Assembly: GCA_031260725.1 (NCBI GenBank)
Contig: JAISKZ010000010.1
Location: 7,012 to 71,011 of the forward strand
DNA: 64,000 bases
Reading direction: 5' to 3'
From: Desulfovibrio sp.
GTDB taxonomy: Bacteria > Desulfobacterota > Desulfovibrionia > Desulfovibrionales > Desulfovibrionaceae
A program made the position numbers and the translations under genes. Under the pieces are notes generated by a model that did not search any database, had not been told where the DNA came from, and saw nothing but the letters and a program-made list of their open reading frames with translations. Of this stretch, positions 23,132-32,631 are shown piece by piece; the first letter of the stretch is position 1, and the number at the start of each line of letters is the position of its first letter.

Positions 23132-25288
23132 GTGCCGGTGCTGTCAATAGTGATGCTGGCATGTCACGGCCGTTTTATCGCGAGCGCGGCGCGTGTCACG
23201 ACTGTTTTGCTGCTGATATTGGCTGTTCTGACGGCCTGTGCGCCGCGCCGGCACGCCGGCGCGCCCGGAAAAGCTTTTGCACATGCCAGCACGAAAAAAG
23301 AGCTGCCGAGGGCAGAACCAGCGTATTTGCAATGGCTTGAGCGGCAATCTATGCTTGGCACCGCGCCGCAGCTGACAGCCGGAATTTCCGGAACGCAGGT
23401 GCTCTGGCGCAACAGCGCCGTCTCGCGCCGCGCGCCCGTGCTGCTCAGTGCGGCGCCCAACTGGTTCAGCGTCAATCCCCATACTGTCAGCGCCGGACAG
23501 CCGGTTTTCAAAGCGCTTGCCTCTCCGGATTTTCTGGATTTTTTGTCCAAGGCGGGCATGAACGGGCTGTATGTGGCCCCCAGCGGCGAGCGCGGCGATA
23601 TATGGGGGAATTTAACGTCGGTGGCATCGGACAGGGATAACATCACATCCTTTCATTTTGATCCGGTTCTTGGTGACGAGGCGGACTTTGAACAGCTGGC
23701 GGAACGTCTTGACCAACTTCAAATACAAATGGGCGGCGATCTACCCCCGGCCGCTACCGGGCTTGGGCCGGATTTTATGCTTCAGGCGCGACAAGCTGCC
23801 CGCTTTGACGGTGTCTACGCCATGGTTTCAGCGCCGCAAAAAAAATGGAACCTGCTGCCAACGGCGCAGTCTGAATGGGATTGCCGTCCTCTCATGCCTG
23901 AAGTGGTAACGAGCTTTGCGCAAGACGGTCTTTTGCCGGAACTGACCCGCGATCTTCTGCCCTGGGCCACATCAGGCGGCTGGGCCGTTACCGGGGAAGT
24001 GCGCGGAACTGACGGACAGACGCGGCGCTGGATATACCGTTACAGCGGCGACGTTTCGCGGCCTGTGCTGCTCTGGCAGGATCCTTCAGGACATGCCCGC
24101 CGCATTTTTTCGGCTGCCGTTATCCGACATACGGGCATGCAAAGGCAAACGTTGACGGGTGTCAAGCTGGAAACCCTGATGGGGCTTGACGCGCGGCAGA
24201 CGTCTTCCGTCAGTAAGGGATCTTCACAGGACGCGGGAAGCGGAATCGTGATGTGGAACGAACTGTCGCCTGGGCCTGAAGCTCTGAATGATATCGGTCG
24301 TGAGACGCATCGCTACGGCGGTTGGATTGTGCAGGCCGATGTACTGCCTCCCTCGCTTACTGCCTCTGTGCTTGCCGCGTCTGTGGATTTTACAAGAGAC
24401 ACAATCGCCGCGCCCGCCGCGGCGTATGCCCTGCTCAGCGCCGATGCGGCGCCGCTTGCTGCGTTGTTGCGGGTATCCTTGGCGGCGGGGGTAGACCACA
24501 GCCGTATTGCGCGCGGTCTGAATGACTGGCAGCATGTCGATTGGCGGCCTTTGCTGGACTTGCCGACAGGCCGCAATCTGGCGCAAAAGGCCCAGAATCT
24601 TTCCGGCGGATCGCCTGACGATTTGCGCAGTTGGTCAACGCCGGCCTCTGTCGCCGCGCGCGCGTTGCATTTTGATGCGGCACAGGCTGCAAGCCCCGAT
24701 AACGCGGAGATTATGCGCAGAACCTGTTTTTCTTTGCTCGCCTGGCGGACCGGCCTACCGGGGCTTGTCTTTGTCAGCCCGCAGGATTTGACAGGCACGC
24801 TTGATCTGGCAGTGACCCAAGATGGCTTCCCGGCAAGTTTCGGCGCGGCGCCGCTTTGGCAGGCGAACGGGCTTTCCCGGCAGGGCAGGCCGCAGGCACG
24901 TTTGCTGTTCGGCGCATTGCAGAATCAGTGGGCGGACGACACAAGTTTTTTGCAAAGTATGAGCCGTGTTATGCGCGTCCGCCAGCAGTCGGGGCTGGCT
25001 GAGGGGCGCCTGCTGGCGGTGTTGTCTGGACCTTCTGGCTGTATTGCCGCGTTCAGCAGACTGCCGGACGGCAGGCATTGGCTGCTCGCCACCAATTTTT
25101 CCGCAGAGCGCCGCCTTTTTCCTGTGCGTTTGCCTGCCGGCATAGTGGCGGACGTCGCGCGCGATGTTTTGGATCACCAAATACTGCCTCTGCACGGAGG
25201 CATGCTTGAACTTGTGCTTGACGCCCGTCAGTCCCGGCATATTTTGCTTGGTAAAGAAGGGGCAAAATTTGAAGGGGCGACGTCATGA
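23132..25288 (+). CDS. Lipoprotein related to Pseudomonas stutzeri-type trehalose synthase (GH13-like); function uncertain
   Basis: Lipobox LAVLTAC. YLQWLERQSML and ATGLGPDF..A...GVYAMV resemble TreS_stutzeri-type proteins (recalled similarity, not searched). Confidence 0.55.
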   Translation: MPVLSIVMLACHGRFIASAARVTTVLLLILAVLTACAPRRHAGAPGKAFAHASTKKELPRAEPAYLQWLERQSMLGTAPQLTAGISGTQVLWRNSAVSRRAPVLLSAAPNWFSVNPHTVSAGQPVFKALASPDFLDFLSKAGMNGLYVAPSGERGDIWGNLTSVASDRDNITSFHFDPVLGDEADFEQLAERLDQLQIQMGGDLPPAATGLGPDFMLQARQAARFDGVYAMVSAPQKKWNLLPTAQSEWDCRPLMPEVVTSFAQDGLLPELTRDLLPWATSGGWAVTGEVRGTDGQTRRWIYRYSGDVSRPVLLWQDPSGHARRIFSAAVIRHTGMQRQTLTGVKLETLMGLDARQTSSVSKGSSQDAGSGIVMWNELSPGPEALNDIGRETHRYGGWIVQADVLPPSLTASVLAASVDFTRDTIAAPAAAYALLSADAAPLAALLRVSLAAGVDHSRIARGLNDWQHVDWRPLLDLPTGRNLAQKAQNLSGGSPDDLRSWSTPASVAARALHFDAAQAASPDNAEIMRRTCFSLLAWRTGLPGLVFVSPQDLTGTLDLAVTQDGFPASFGAAPLWQANGLSRQGRPQARLLFGALQNQWADDTSFLQSMSRVMRVRQQSGLAEGRLLAVLSGPSGCIAAFSRLPDGRHWLLATNFSAERRLFPVRLPAGIVADVARDVLDHQILPLHGGMLELVLDARQSRHILLGKEGAKFEGATS

Positions 25289-25340
25289 CACAGGAAAATT
25301 CTGCTGTTGAATCCGGCACGGCTGAACAGGCGTTGCCGTA

Positions 25341-25563
25341 GTGCAGTTGCAGCGTCATCTGAGCCGTTCTTCTTTGCGTCTTTGCTTGCAGCGACAGGCT
25401 AGTGAGGCTACCAAAGAAAAAAACACCGCAGAGAAAAGAAATTCAAATCTTATCCTGTCGGCTGTTTCCACTTGGATATTGCGGAAATACAAACGGAAGA
25501 AGGCAAGCTATACCTTCTCTGCTGTATAAGATTCATACGGTTTTAACAGATAACGGCATTTAG
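25341..25563 (+). mobile_element. IS481-family transposase remnant (frameshifted, internally deleted)
   Basis: Three segments in different frames: HLSRSSLRLCLQR, KFKSYPVGCFHLDIAEIQTEEGKLYL (25439-25516) and YKIHTVLTDNGI* (25525-25563). They match IS481 HLTRSSLHRCLQR / YPIGYFHIDIAEV..EGKLYL / YKIHTVLTDNG. Confidence 0.85.
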
Positions 25564-25640
25564 TCCTTTATCTTCAACTTGTCGCCATTTTGCTCTGGTT
25601 AAAATGAATGTCGACAGAACATAGTGTTTTTTGCTTCTTT

Positions 25641-26033
25641 TTAGGCGAAATTTGCCCTTTCTCTTGCCAGACGATCAAGAAAGACAAGCAAATCGTCTGG
25701 CTGGCCTTGTTTGTAATCTCCGGGATAGAGAAGGGCGGACATGTAAAAAACGGAGTTAAGCTGCAGGGCGTTTCGCGCACCGGTGGCAAAGCGGCTGAGA
25801 GCTGACGCCAGATTAAAACGGAGTTCCCCCGGCAGTGGTTCAAGCAGAGTTTTTGCATCCTCGTGCAGAGTTGATAAAAGTTCTGCCTTGTCGCGCATCT
25901 TTTGATTGTGACCCTCTGTGTCTCCCGCATCAAGACACCTCAGCGCGCTGGCCTCCACTTCCATAATGCGGGAATGTCTCTCTCGAAGCCATTGGACAAG
26001 TATGTTCAAATGTACGGCAACCTGATCAGTCAT
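25641..26033 (-). CDS. Hypothetical protein (130 aa)
   Basis: Clean ORF 20 nt downstream of the CoA-ligase gene; start moved to ATG 26033 (MTDQVAV) to avoid overlap. Confidence 0.7.
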   Translation of the reverse strand: MTDQVAVHLNILVQWLRERHSRIMEVEASALRCLDAGDTEGHNQKMRDKAELLSTLHEDAKTLLEPLPGELRFNLASALSRFATGARNALQLNSVFYMSALLYPGDYKQGQPDDLLVFLDRLARERANFA

Positions 26034-26052
26034 GATGTTTTTCCATGCTTTT

Positions 26053-27318
26053 TTAATCCCAGTGGCGCTTGTCTTCAATAGGCCGAATCTGCGGCGGCAG
26101 GCTGCCGGGCGGCAGTATCAGTAATTTGGGCCGCAATTTAATTTTATCACGGAACTGGTGCAGCAGTTCATCTTCCCGTTTAAAGCCGCTTGTTTCAATA
26201 AAGAGCGTCATTTCATCCATGCCGCCTGGGTTGGTAACTTCAATAACCCAGCGTTTTATCTCTTCAAAACGGCTCAAAACCTGTTCAACCTGATGCGGAT
26301 AAACAAACATGCCCATGATGCGGGCTGTTGTGTCAACTCTGCCTACAATGTTGCCCAGTCGCGGACTTGTCCGGCCGCAGGGGCAGGGGCTGCGGTTAAT
26401 ATAAGAGAGATCTCCCGTGGCAAGGCGTATCAGCGGATAAGTCTTATTAAAAGCTGTGACGACAATTTCCCCGACTTCGCCGTCCTTCAGCGGGATGCCC
26501 GTATCAGGGTGGCATATCTCCACATAGCAGCGGTTTGCTATATGCAGTCCGGATTTGTGAAAACATTCATAGCCGATACAGCCCACGTCAGCCGTGCCGT
26601 AGCCCTGACGCATAATCAAGTCATATTTTTTTTCCATCTGGGAGCGCATTTTTTCAGAAAGCCGCTCGCCTGTAACCAGCGCAATTTCCAAAAAAAGATC
26701 CTTGCGCAGATTGAGTCCTTTTTCTTCGGCTTTTTGCGCAAGGTGCATAAGAAAACTTGGCGTGCCGACATAACCGGAGACGCGCAGTTTCTGCATGATG
26801 TCAAGTTGCGTTGCTGCCTCTGATGGGCCGGCGGGTATGACGACGCAGCCCAGATTACGCAACGGCTCTTCAAATATCAGACCGGCCGGCGAAAGCTGGT
26901 AGTTGAACGTGTTCTGCACAGCGTCCCCTGGTCGAAACCCAACGGCATAGAGCGCTTCCGTATATCCCCAGTAGTCTTCCCCGCGGTCTTCCGGGTCGAA
27001 AATGGGGCCGGGCGAAAGGAAAACGCGTTTAAGGTCGCCGATATCCTTTGTTAACAGCCCGCCAAGCCTCGGGCCCATGGATTGCAGAAAAATCAGTTCC
27101 TTTTTTTTCAGAATAGGAATGTGCTTTATGTCCGAGAGGGATTTAAATTTTTCGACATTGAACTGCGCGCGGTCAAAGCGTTTTTTCACGTCTTCGGAAT
27201 GGCGGTAGGCGTAGAAAAGCAGATCTTTAAGCTGTACAAGGCAATATTGTCGGCGTTCGCCTTCATCATACACTTCACGTCGACTGTAGATGCCTTCTGT
27301 GCGGTCTTTACGTGTCAT
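26053..27318 (-). CDS. Phenylacetate--CoA ligase family (PaaK-like) AMP-binding protein
   Basis: YVGTPSF, GYGTADVG, GEVGEIVVT, YPLIRLATGDLS, CPCGRT. Confidence 0.88.
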   Translation of the reverse strand: MTRKDRTEGIYSRREVYDEGERRQYCLVQLKDLLFYAYRHSEDVKKRFDRAQFNVEKFKSLSDIKHIPILKKKELIFLQSMGPRLGGLLTKDIGDLKRVFLSPGPIFDPEDRGEDYWGYTEALYAVGFRPGDAVQNTFNYQLSPAGLIFEEPLRNLGCVVIPAGPSEAATQLDIMQKLRVSGYVGTPSFLMHLAQKAEEKGLNLRKDLFLEIALVTGERLSEKMRSQMEKKYDLIMRQGYGTADVGCIGYECFHKSGLHIANRCYVEICHPDTGIPLKDGEVGEIVVTAFNKTYPLIRLATGDLSYINRSPCPCGRTSPRLGNIVGRVDTTARIMGMFVYPHQVEQVLSRFEEIKRWVIEVTNPGGMDEMTLFIETSGFKREDELLHQFRDKIKLRPKLLILPPGSLPPQIRPIEDKRHWD

Positions 27319-27396
27319 AGTCTTTGCCTCGAAAGGATGGTGAAATGGCTGGACTCTATGCGATGAGCGCCATATTGCAAGCCGTTATTTATCGCC

Positions 27397-29229
27397 TTAT
27401 TCTACAGTGACACTTTTAGCCAGATTGCGCGGCTGATCAACATCCTTGCCCAGATAGTCCGACATTTCGTAACTGAAAAGCTGAAGAACCGGTAAAATCA
27501 TGAAGCCGACAAGAGGTGCCGCCACACGAGGAATTATCCATATTTCGTCTGCAGCCAGTTCCATGCCTTCATTTGTCAGCGCAATAATTTTGCCTTGGCG
27601 CGCCTGCACTTCGGCAATATTAGATTTGACCTTGGGGAAAAGTGCATCGTCCGGCGCAAGGGCAAAAGTGGGGAACAGTGTGTCAATAAGGGCTATAGGG
27701 CCGTGTTTCATTTCTCCTGCAGCATAGCCCTCCGCGTGAATATAGGAAAGTTCTTTGAGTTTTAAAGCCCCTTCCAAGGCCAGCGGGAAACAATGCCCAC
27801 GACCGAGATAAAAAAAGTTCCGTGCCTGCGAGTACTTGCGTGACAGTTGGCGCGCTTTTTCGTGCATTGACGGCAGATGCGCGTCAAGCAGGGCCGGCAG
27901 GGTCTCCAGAATGGTGATCCATTTACGGCGCTGGCCTTTTGTCAGTGCGGCTGCATTATTGCGCCGGCCACTCCAATATAGGGCCAGCAGGGCCAGCATC
28001 AGCATCTGGCTGCACATTGCCTTTGTTGACGCAACGCTGATTTCAGGGCCGGCCTGCGTGTATATTACTGCTGAGGCCTCGCGTGCCATTGACGAACCGA
28101 CCATATTACATAGGCAAAGCACGGTTGCGCCATGATCACGGGCAATACGCAGGGCGGCAAGAGTATCTGCCGTTTCTCCGCTCTGGCTGATCACCAGCAT
28201 CATGTCATCCGTCTGCAGCAGCGCATCTCTGTAGCGAAACTCTGAGGCTATTTCCACCTGCACCGGGACATGAGCCCAGTGTTCCAGCAGGTGTCGGCCC
28301 CAGAGCGCTGAATGGTAGGATGTGCCGCAGGCTACAATGTGCAAGCGCCTGGGTATGGGAAGATCTTCCAATTCTGGCAGAAGAACCGTGTCGCGCCCGG
28401 TAGTTATCCGTCCTGCCAGCGCATCTGTGACGACGCGCGGCTGCTCAAAAATTTCCTTAAGCATGAAATGGCGGAATCCGGCTTTTTGCGCGGCCTGCAT
28501 ATCCCACAGTATTGTCTGCGGATCATGCTTGGCAGGCTGTAAATCTGCAAGACGCATAATTTTGTAGTCCGTAGCTGTGGCTTGCACAATGTCGCCATCA
28601 TCCAGAAAAATGACCCGCCGTGTGTAGGGCAAAAAAGCCGGAATGTCGGAAGCCACAAAATTTTCACCTGTACCGAGACCGAAAATGAGCGGCGCGGACA
28701 TGCGCGCCGCATAAAAGCAGCCGGGGGAGTCGCGTTGTATGAGGCAAACGGCATAGGCCCCGTGAGCCTCTCGCAATGCGGCAGCCAGCGCATGTAACAA
28801 ATCCGGCTCGCTCTTGCGGCGTTCAGCAATCAGGTTGACGAGGACTTCAGTATCTGTCTCAGAATGAAAGATATAGCCTTTTGTTGTGAGATCTGCTTTG
28901 ATTTCCTGATAGTTTTCAATAATGCCGTTGTGTGCTATAGCCAATGCGCCGTCATTGGAGCAATGCGGATGGGCATTTCGCTCAGCGGGTACGCCATGCG
29001 TGGCCCAACGTGTGTGACCAATCGCGCAGGTGGCTGTTGTGACAGGCTCGTCAGCCAGTTTCTCCTCAAGAGCGGCCAGTTTGCCCTTGGATCGTATGAC
29101 ACGCAGATCATTCTGTCGCACAAACGCCACTCCTGCGGAATCATAGCCGCGGTATTCCAGACGACGCAGCCCTTCTATCACGACCGGCACTGCGGGCCTG
29201 CGCCCTGCATACCCGATTATGCCGCACAT
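27397..29229 (-). CDS. glmS: Glutamine--fructose-6-phosphate transaminase
   Basis: MCGIIG, GHTRWATHG, SQSGETADT, PRNLAKSVTVE. Confidence 0.99.
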   Translation of the reverse strand: MCGIIGYAGRRPAVPVVIEGLRRLEYRGYDSAGVAFVRQNDLRVIRSKGKLAALEEKLADEPVTTATCAIGHTRWATHGVPAERNAHPHCSNDGALAIAHNGIIENYQEIKADLTTKGYIFHSETDTEVLVNLIAERRKSEPDLLHALAAALREAHGAYAVCLIQRDSPGCFYAARMSAPLIFGLGTGENFVASDIPAFLPYTRRVIFLDDGDIVQATATDYKIMRLADLQPAKHDPQTILWDMQAAQKAGFRHFMLKEIFEQPRVVTDALAGRITTGRDTVLLPELEDLPIPRRLHIVACGTSYHSALWGRHLLEHWAHVPVQVEIASEFRYRDALLQTDDMMLVISQSGETADTLAALRIARDHGATVLCLCNMVGSSMAREASAVIYTQAGPEISVASTKAMCSQMLMLALLALYWSGRRNNAAALTKGQRRKWITILETLPALLDAHLPSMHEKARQLSRKYSQARNFFYLGRGHCFPLALEGALKLKELSYIHAEGYAAGEMKHGPIALIDTLFPTFALAPDDALFPKVKSNIAEVQARQGKIIALTNEGMELAADEIWIIPRVAAPLVGFMILPVLQLFSYEMSDYLGKDVDQPRNLAKSVTVE

Positions 29230-29272
29230 ATAATTTCTCCCGTTTTATCGTTCAGTATCAGGTTGATTATGA

Positions 29273-30784
29273 TTATAAGCCGTTTCGATCAACAACATCC
29301 TGATTGAGAACTTCCACTCTGGCTTTTGAAAGAAGGTTGAGCATGAATACCTGGGCCAGACCGTCAACGCGTTCTCTGGCGACAATATTGCCCATCAGGC
29401 TTTTTATGCCGTTCCATTCTTTGATGTCCGGCTCTTCAACGGTTTCAACGCGGCAGAGCAGTGCGCCCAGGCCTTCCGCATTGTTGTTAACGGTAAAGAC
29501 CGTGGGCAGCCAGACGCCGGGATCTGCCGCAAAAACGGCTTTTGACAAGTCCGAATTGGGGGCAAAATCCGGTAAATCACCGCCTCTTTGCACAGATGCG
29601 GTTTTGATTTGCAAATTTTTGTTGCTTTTTGCACTCCTAAGTGCGTCTGTCAGTTCTTTGCTGATAAGGGTGGCGCTGTCTTGCGCTGATTTAAGCGCGC
29701 TTACCGCATTCATACGTGCAAGGACTGTGCTTTTCACGGCATTGAGCTGTTGCACAGCGGCAGGCTCTGTTTTCAGTATTCTGACTGCCAGATAATTGGC
29801 GCCAGCTTCCAAAATTGTGTCAATCGGCGTCCCTGCGCTGCTGGCAATCAGCAGGGCGGCAGTCTCGGTTGAAAGGCCAAGCGTTTTTTCCAGTTCCACC
29901 TGGGTTGCGAGACCAGTCTGTTGCGCCGTCAAACCAAAGCGGGCCGCGCTCTGGTTGAGAGGTTTATTGATGATGTTATCTTCCATCAGGCTGTCCAGAA
30001 TCTCATGGAGTTTGTCGGCGTCTTGTTTTGCGGTCTCTGCTACTGCGGAATCTGTATTCTTTAGGGCCGATTCCGGTTTGACAAGTACATATTCAATATC
30101 AACCTTGGGAGGCACTTGAAAGTCCTGCTGATGAGCATCGTAAAAAGACTGAATCTCTGTATCAGTAGGCGATACTGGGACGGTAAAATTTTTTGCGGGC
30201 AGAAAAATATAGCTGATCAAACGTTTTTCACGAAGAAAATTGTAGCATTTTTTCGCTTCATCCATATCTGTCCAGACCGGAGCTGTGAGCATGGCATAAA
30301 TTTTGTCACGCAACAGCGAAGCACTCATATTCTGTTCATACTGGTTTATGTTGAGCCGTTGAGCAGAAAGGATGCGTTTGTATGCTTCAGGATCAAAGCG
30401 CCCCTCTGCGTTCTGGAATGCCTTGATTTGTCCCACAGCCTGACGCAGTTCAACGGGAGATATCGTTATGCCGGTTCGGGCGGCCTCTTGCACCAGAAGC
30501 AGCTGAAAAACAAGATCTTGAAGCACCTGTCGACCCAGATGCGCCACTTTCAGCTGCTCGCGTGTCAGATCGGGATTCTTGCTCAAGGCAGCTTCTTCCG
30601 CGTTTCTATACGCCCGTTCAAACTGTTGAATATGTATGGAGTCGCTGTTGACGGTAGCAACCGTGTTGACGGAATTTCCGTCACTAAAACTGCCGACTCC
30701 CCAGAAAACAAAAACCAGAATGATGATGCCGAAAGCCAGTTTAATGCCGAAAGATTGGGCGTTGGAACGTATATAGTCAAGCAT
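29273..30784 (-). CDS. SurA N-terminal domain protein (PpiD-like periplasmic chaperone), apparently without rotamase domain
   Basis: MLDYIRSNAQS.GIKLAFGIIILVFVFWGVG N-terminus typical of PpiD; 503 aa; no parvulin motifs found. Confidence 0.85.
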   Translation of the reverse strand: MLDYIRSNAQSFGIKLAFGIIILVFVFWGVGSFSDGNSVNTVATVNSDSIHIQQFERAYRNAEEAALSKNPDLTREQLKVAHLGRQVLQDLVFQLLLVQEAARTGITISPVELRQAVGQIKAFQNAEGRFDPEAYKRILSAQRLNINQYEQNMSASLLRDKIYAMLTAPVWTDMDEAKKCYNFLREKRLISYIFLPAKNFTVPVSPTDTEIQSFYDAHQQDFQVPPKVDIEYVLVKPESALKNTDSAVAETAKQDADKLHEILDSLMEDNIINKPLNQSAARFGLTAQQTGLATQVELEKTLGLSTETAALLIASSAGTPIDTILEAGANYLAVRILKTEPAAVQQLNAVKSTVLARMNAVSALKSAQDSATLISKELTDALRSAKSNKNLQIKTASVQRGGDLPDFAPNSDLSKAVFAADPGVWLPTVFTVNNNAEGLGALLCRVETVEEPDIKEWNGIKSLMGNIVARERVDGLAQVFMLNLLSKARVEVLNQDVVDRNGL

Positions 30785-31053
30785 GGGAACTCCGGTTCAC
30801 TGAATTTTATTTTTACAGAATTTTCTATATAAAAGAATTTTCGAATGGATGGACTTCAGCAAAAATTTCGGCGTGCTCATCAAGGAATTTGCGTTTGCTT
30901 GCCCACGCCGTTTTGTGTTTGCTCTGGATGGAACACGGCCTATAGCCAGATAGTCCCGGAAATGACCTGCGAACCGAATTACGACGAAACGGTGGCCGCT
31001 GTCAGAAAACTGAAAAGCTGGTCCGAGCACTGTTTTGACCGGCTTTTCTATGC

Positions 31054-32349
31054 CTATTTGCCCATAGCGTTCATAAAGTCTTTATTGGATTTTGTGCCTC
31101 GCATTTTGTCCAGAAAAAACTCCATGCTGTCAATGGATGACATGGGGGCCAGAATTTTGCGCAAAATCCAGACACGATTGAGCACATCCTCCGGCAGGAG
31201 CAGGTCTTCTTTGCGTGTGCCGGTGCGATTGATGTCAATGGAGGGGAACACACGTTTTTCAGAAAGATGACGATCCAGATAGATTTCCATATTGCCGGTA
31301 CCTTTGAATTCCTCAAAAATCACTTCGTCCATACGCGAACCGGTATCAATCAGCGCTGTCGCTATAATTGTCAGACTCCCGCCCTCTTCAATATTACGCG
31401 CCGCGCCGAAAAACCGTTTGGGTCGTTGCAGGGCATTTGTATCCAGACCGCCTGAGAGGACACGGCCAGACGAAGGTGTTACCGCGTTATAGGCGCGGCC
31501 GAGGCGGGTAATGGAGTCAAGCAGAATAACCACATCGCGCTTGCGCTCCACAAGGCGTTTTGCTTTTTCCAGCACCATTTCACAAACCTGCACGTGTCGC
31601 TGTGGTGGTTCGTCAAAAGTGGAGCTGATGACTTCCGCCTTTTTAACCGTACGCTCCATATCCGTGACTTCTTCAGGGCGCTCGTCAATAAGCAGTACAA
31701 TGAGGTAGACGTCAGGATTATTAGCGTTAATTGCGTTAGCAAGCGACTGGAGCAGAATGGTTTTGCCGGTTCGCGGCGGTGCCACAATCAGTCCGCGCTG
31801 ACCACAGCCGACGGGCGCCATGATGTCAATAACGCGGTTGGAGAGATTTTTATCGCCGTTTTCCATAATGAGCTGCTGGTCAGGATATATAGGCGTAAGA
31901 TTGTCAAAAAGGACAAGATTTTTTGCGTGTTCCGGCGGTTCAAAGCCGATTTCCGTGACTTTGAGCAGAGCAAAGTAGCGTTCACCTTCTTTGGGGGGGC
32001 GTATCTGGCCAGAAACAATGTCGCCTTTGCGCAAGGAAAAACGGCGTATCTGTGAAGGAGAAACATAAATATCGTCAGGCCCAGGCATATAGCTGCACAA
32101 CGGCGAACGCAGAAAACCGAAACCGTCGGGAAGAATTTCCAGAACGCCATCGCCGTAAATAGCGCCGTTTTGCGAAGCGCAGGTCGAGAGTAGGGCAAAA
32201 ATCAATTCCTGCTTACGCATGGAACTGGCGTTTTCAATCTCAAACTGTTCAGCGAGCTCCATCAGCTCTTGCATGCTGCGTGTTTTGAGATCTGTGAGAC
32301 TCATGACGCTGTCTGTCAAAATGGCTGGAGATGCTTTCTTTTTCCACAT
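31054..32349 (-). CDS. rho: Transcription termination factor Rho
   Basis: [25 protein letters not shown]; start set at ATG 32349 (uncertain). Confidence 0.99.
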   Translation of the reverse strand: MWKKKASPAILTDSVMSLTDLKTRSMQELMELAEQFEIENASSMRKQELIFALLSTCASQNGAIYGDGVLEILPDGFGFLRSPLCSYMPGPDDIYVSPSQIRRFSLRKGDIVSGQIRPPKEGERYFALLKVTEIGFEPPEHAKNLVLFDNLTPIYPDQQLIMENGDKNLSNRVIDIMAPVGCGQRGLIVAPPRTGKTILLQSLANAINANNPDVYLIVLLIDERPEEVTDMERTVKKAEVISSTFDEPPQRHVQVCEMVLEKAKRLVERKRDVVILLDSITRLGRAYNAVTPSSGRVLSGGLDTNALQRPKRFFGAARNIEEGGSLTIIATALIDTGSRMDEVIFEEFKGTGNMEIYLDRHLSEKRVFPSIDINRTGTRKEDLLLPEDVLNRVWILRKILAPMSSIDSMEFFLDKMRGTKSNKDFMNAMGK

Positions 32350-32499
32350 AACTATCCAATTTTTAAATAATACGAAATAAACCGTCAGCAGAGCCACCAG
32401 GCACAGGGGGTATTGAGATAGAATAGTAAAGGAACAAAAATGGCGTGTGCAGAAGCGATTACCGTATCTTTTTCCTTATGGCAAGAAAAATCTGTGCAG

Positions 32500-32589
32500 A
32501 AGAGATTCACTTTTTCAATGAGTTGATGCCGGTAATCCATTGTTCTTGTTTAGCCAACACATCAAAATCATCACAAAGGTGAAACGCTC
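32500..32589. mobile_element. MITE-like element, copy B (90 bp)
   Basis: Ends AAGAGATTCAC / GTGAAACGCTC. Perfect 8-bp direct repeat CTGTGCAG on both sides (32492-32499, 32590-32597). Homologous to 13239-13319. Confidence 0.8.
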
Positions 32590-32631
32590 CTGTGCAGAAC
32601 TGCTAATACAGAATAAAAGAATGGCATTTTG

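Noticed and set aside
30845-31270. 141-aa plus-strand ORF
   Set aside because: Half is antisense to rho and it has no motifs; not called as a gene.
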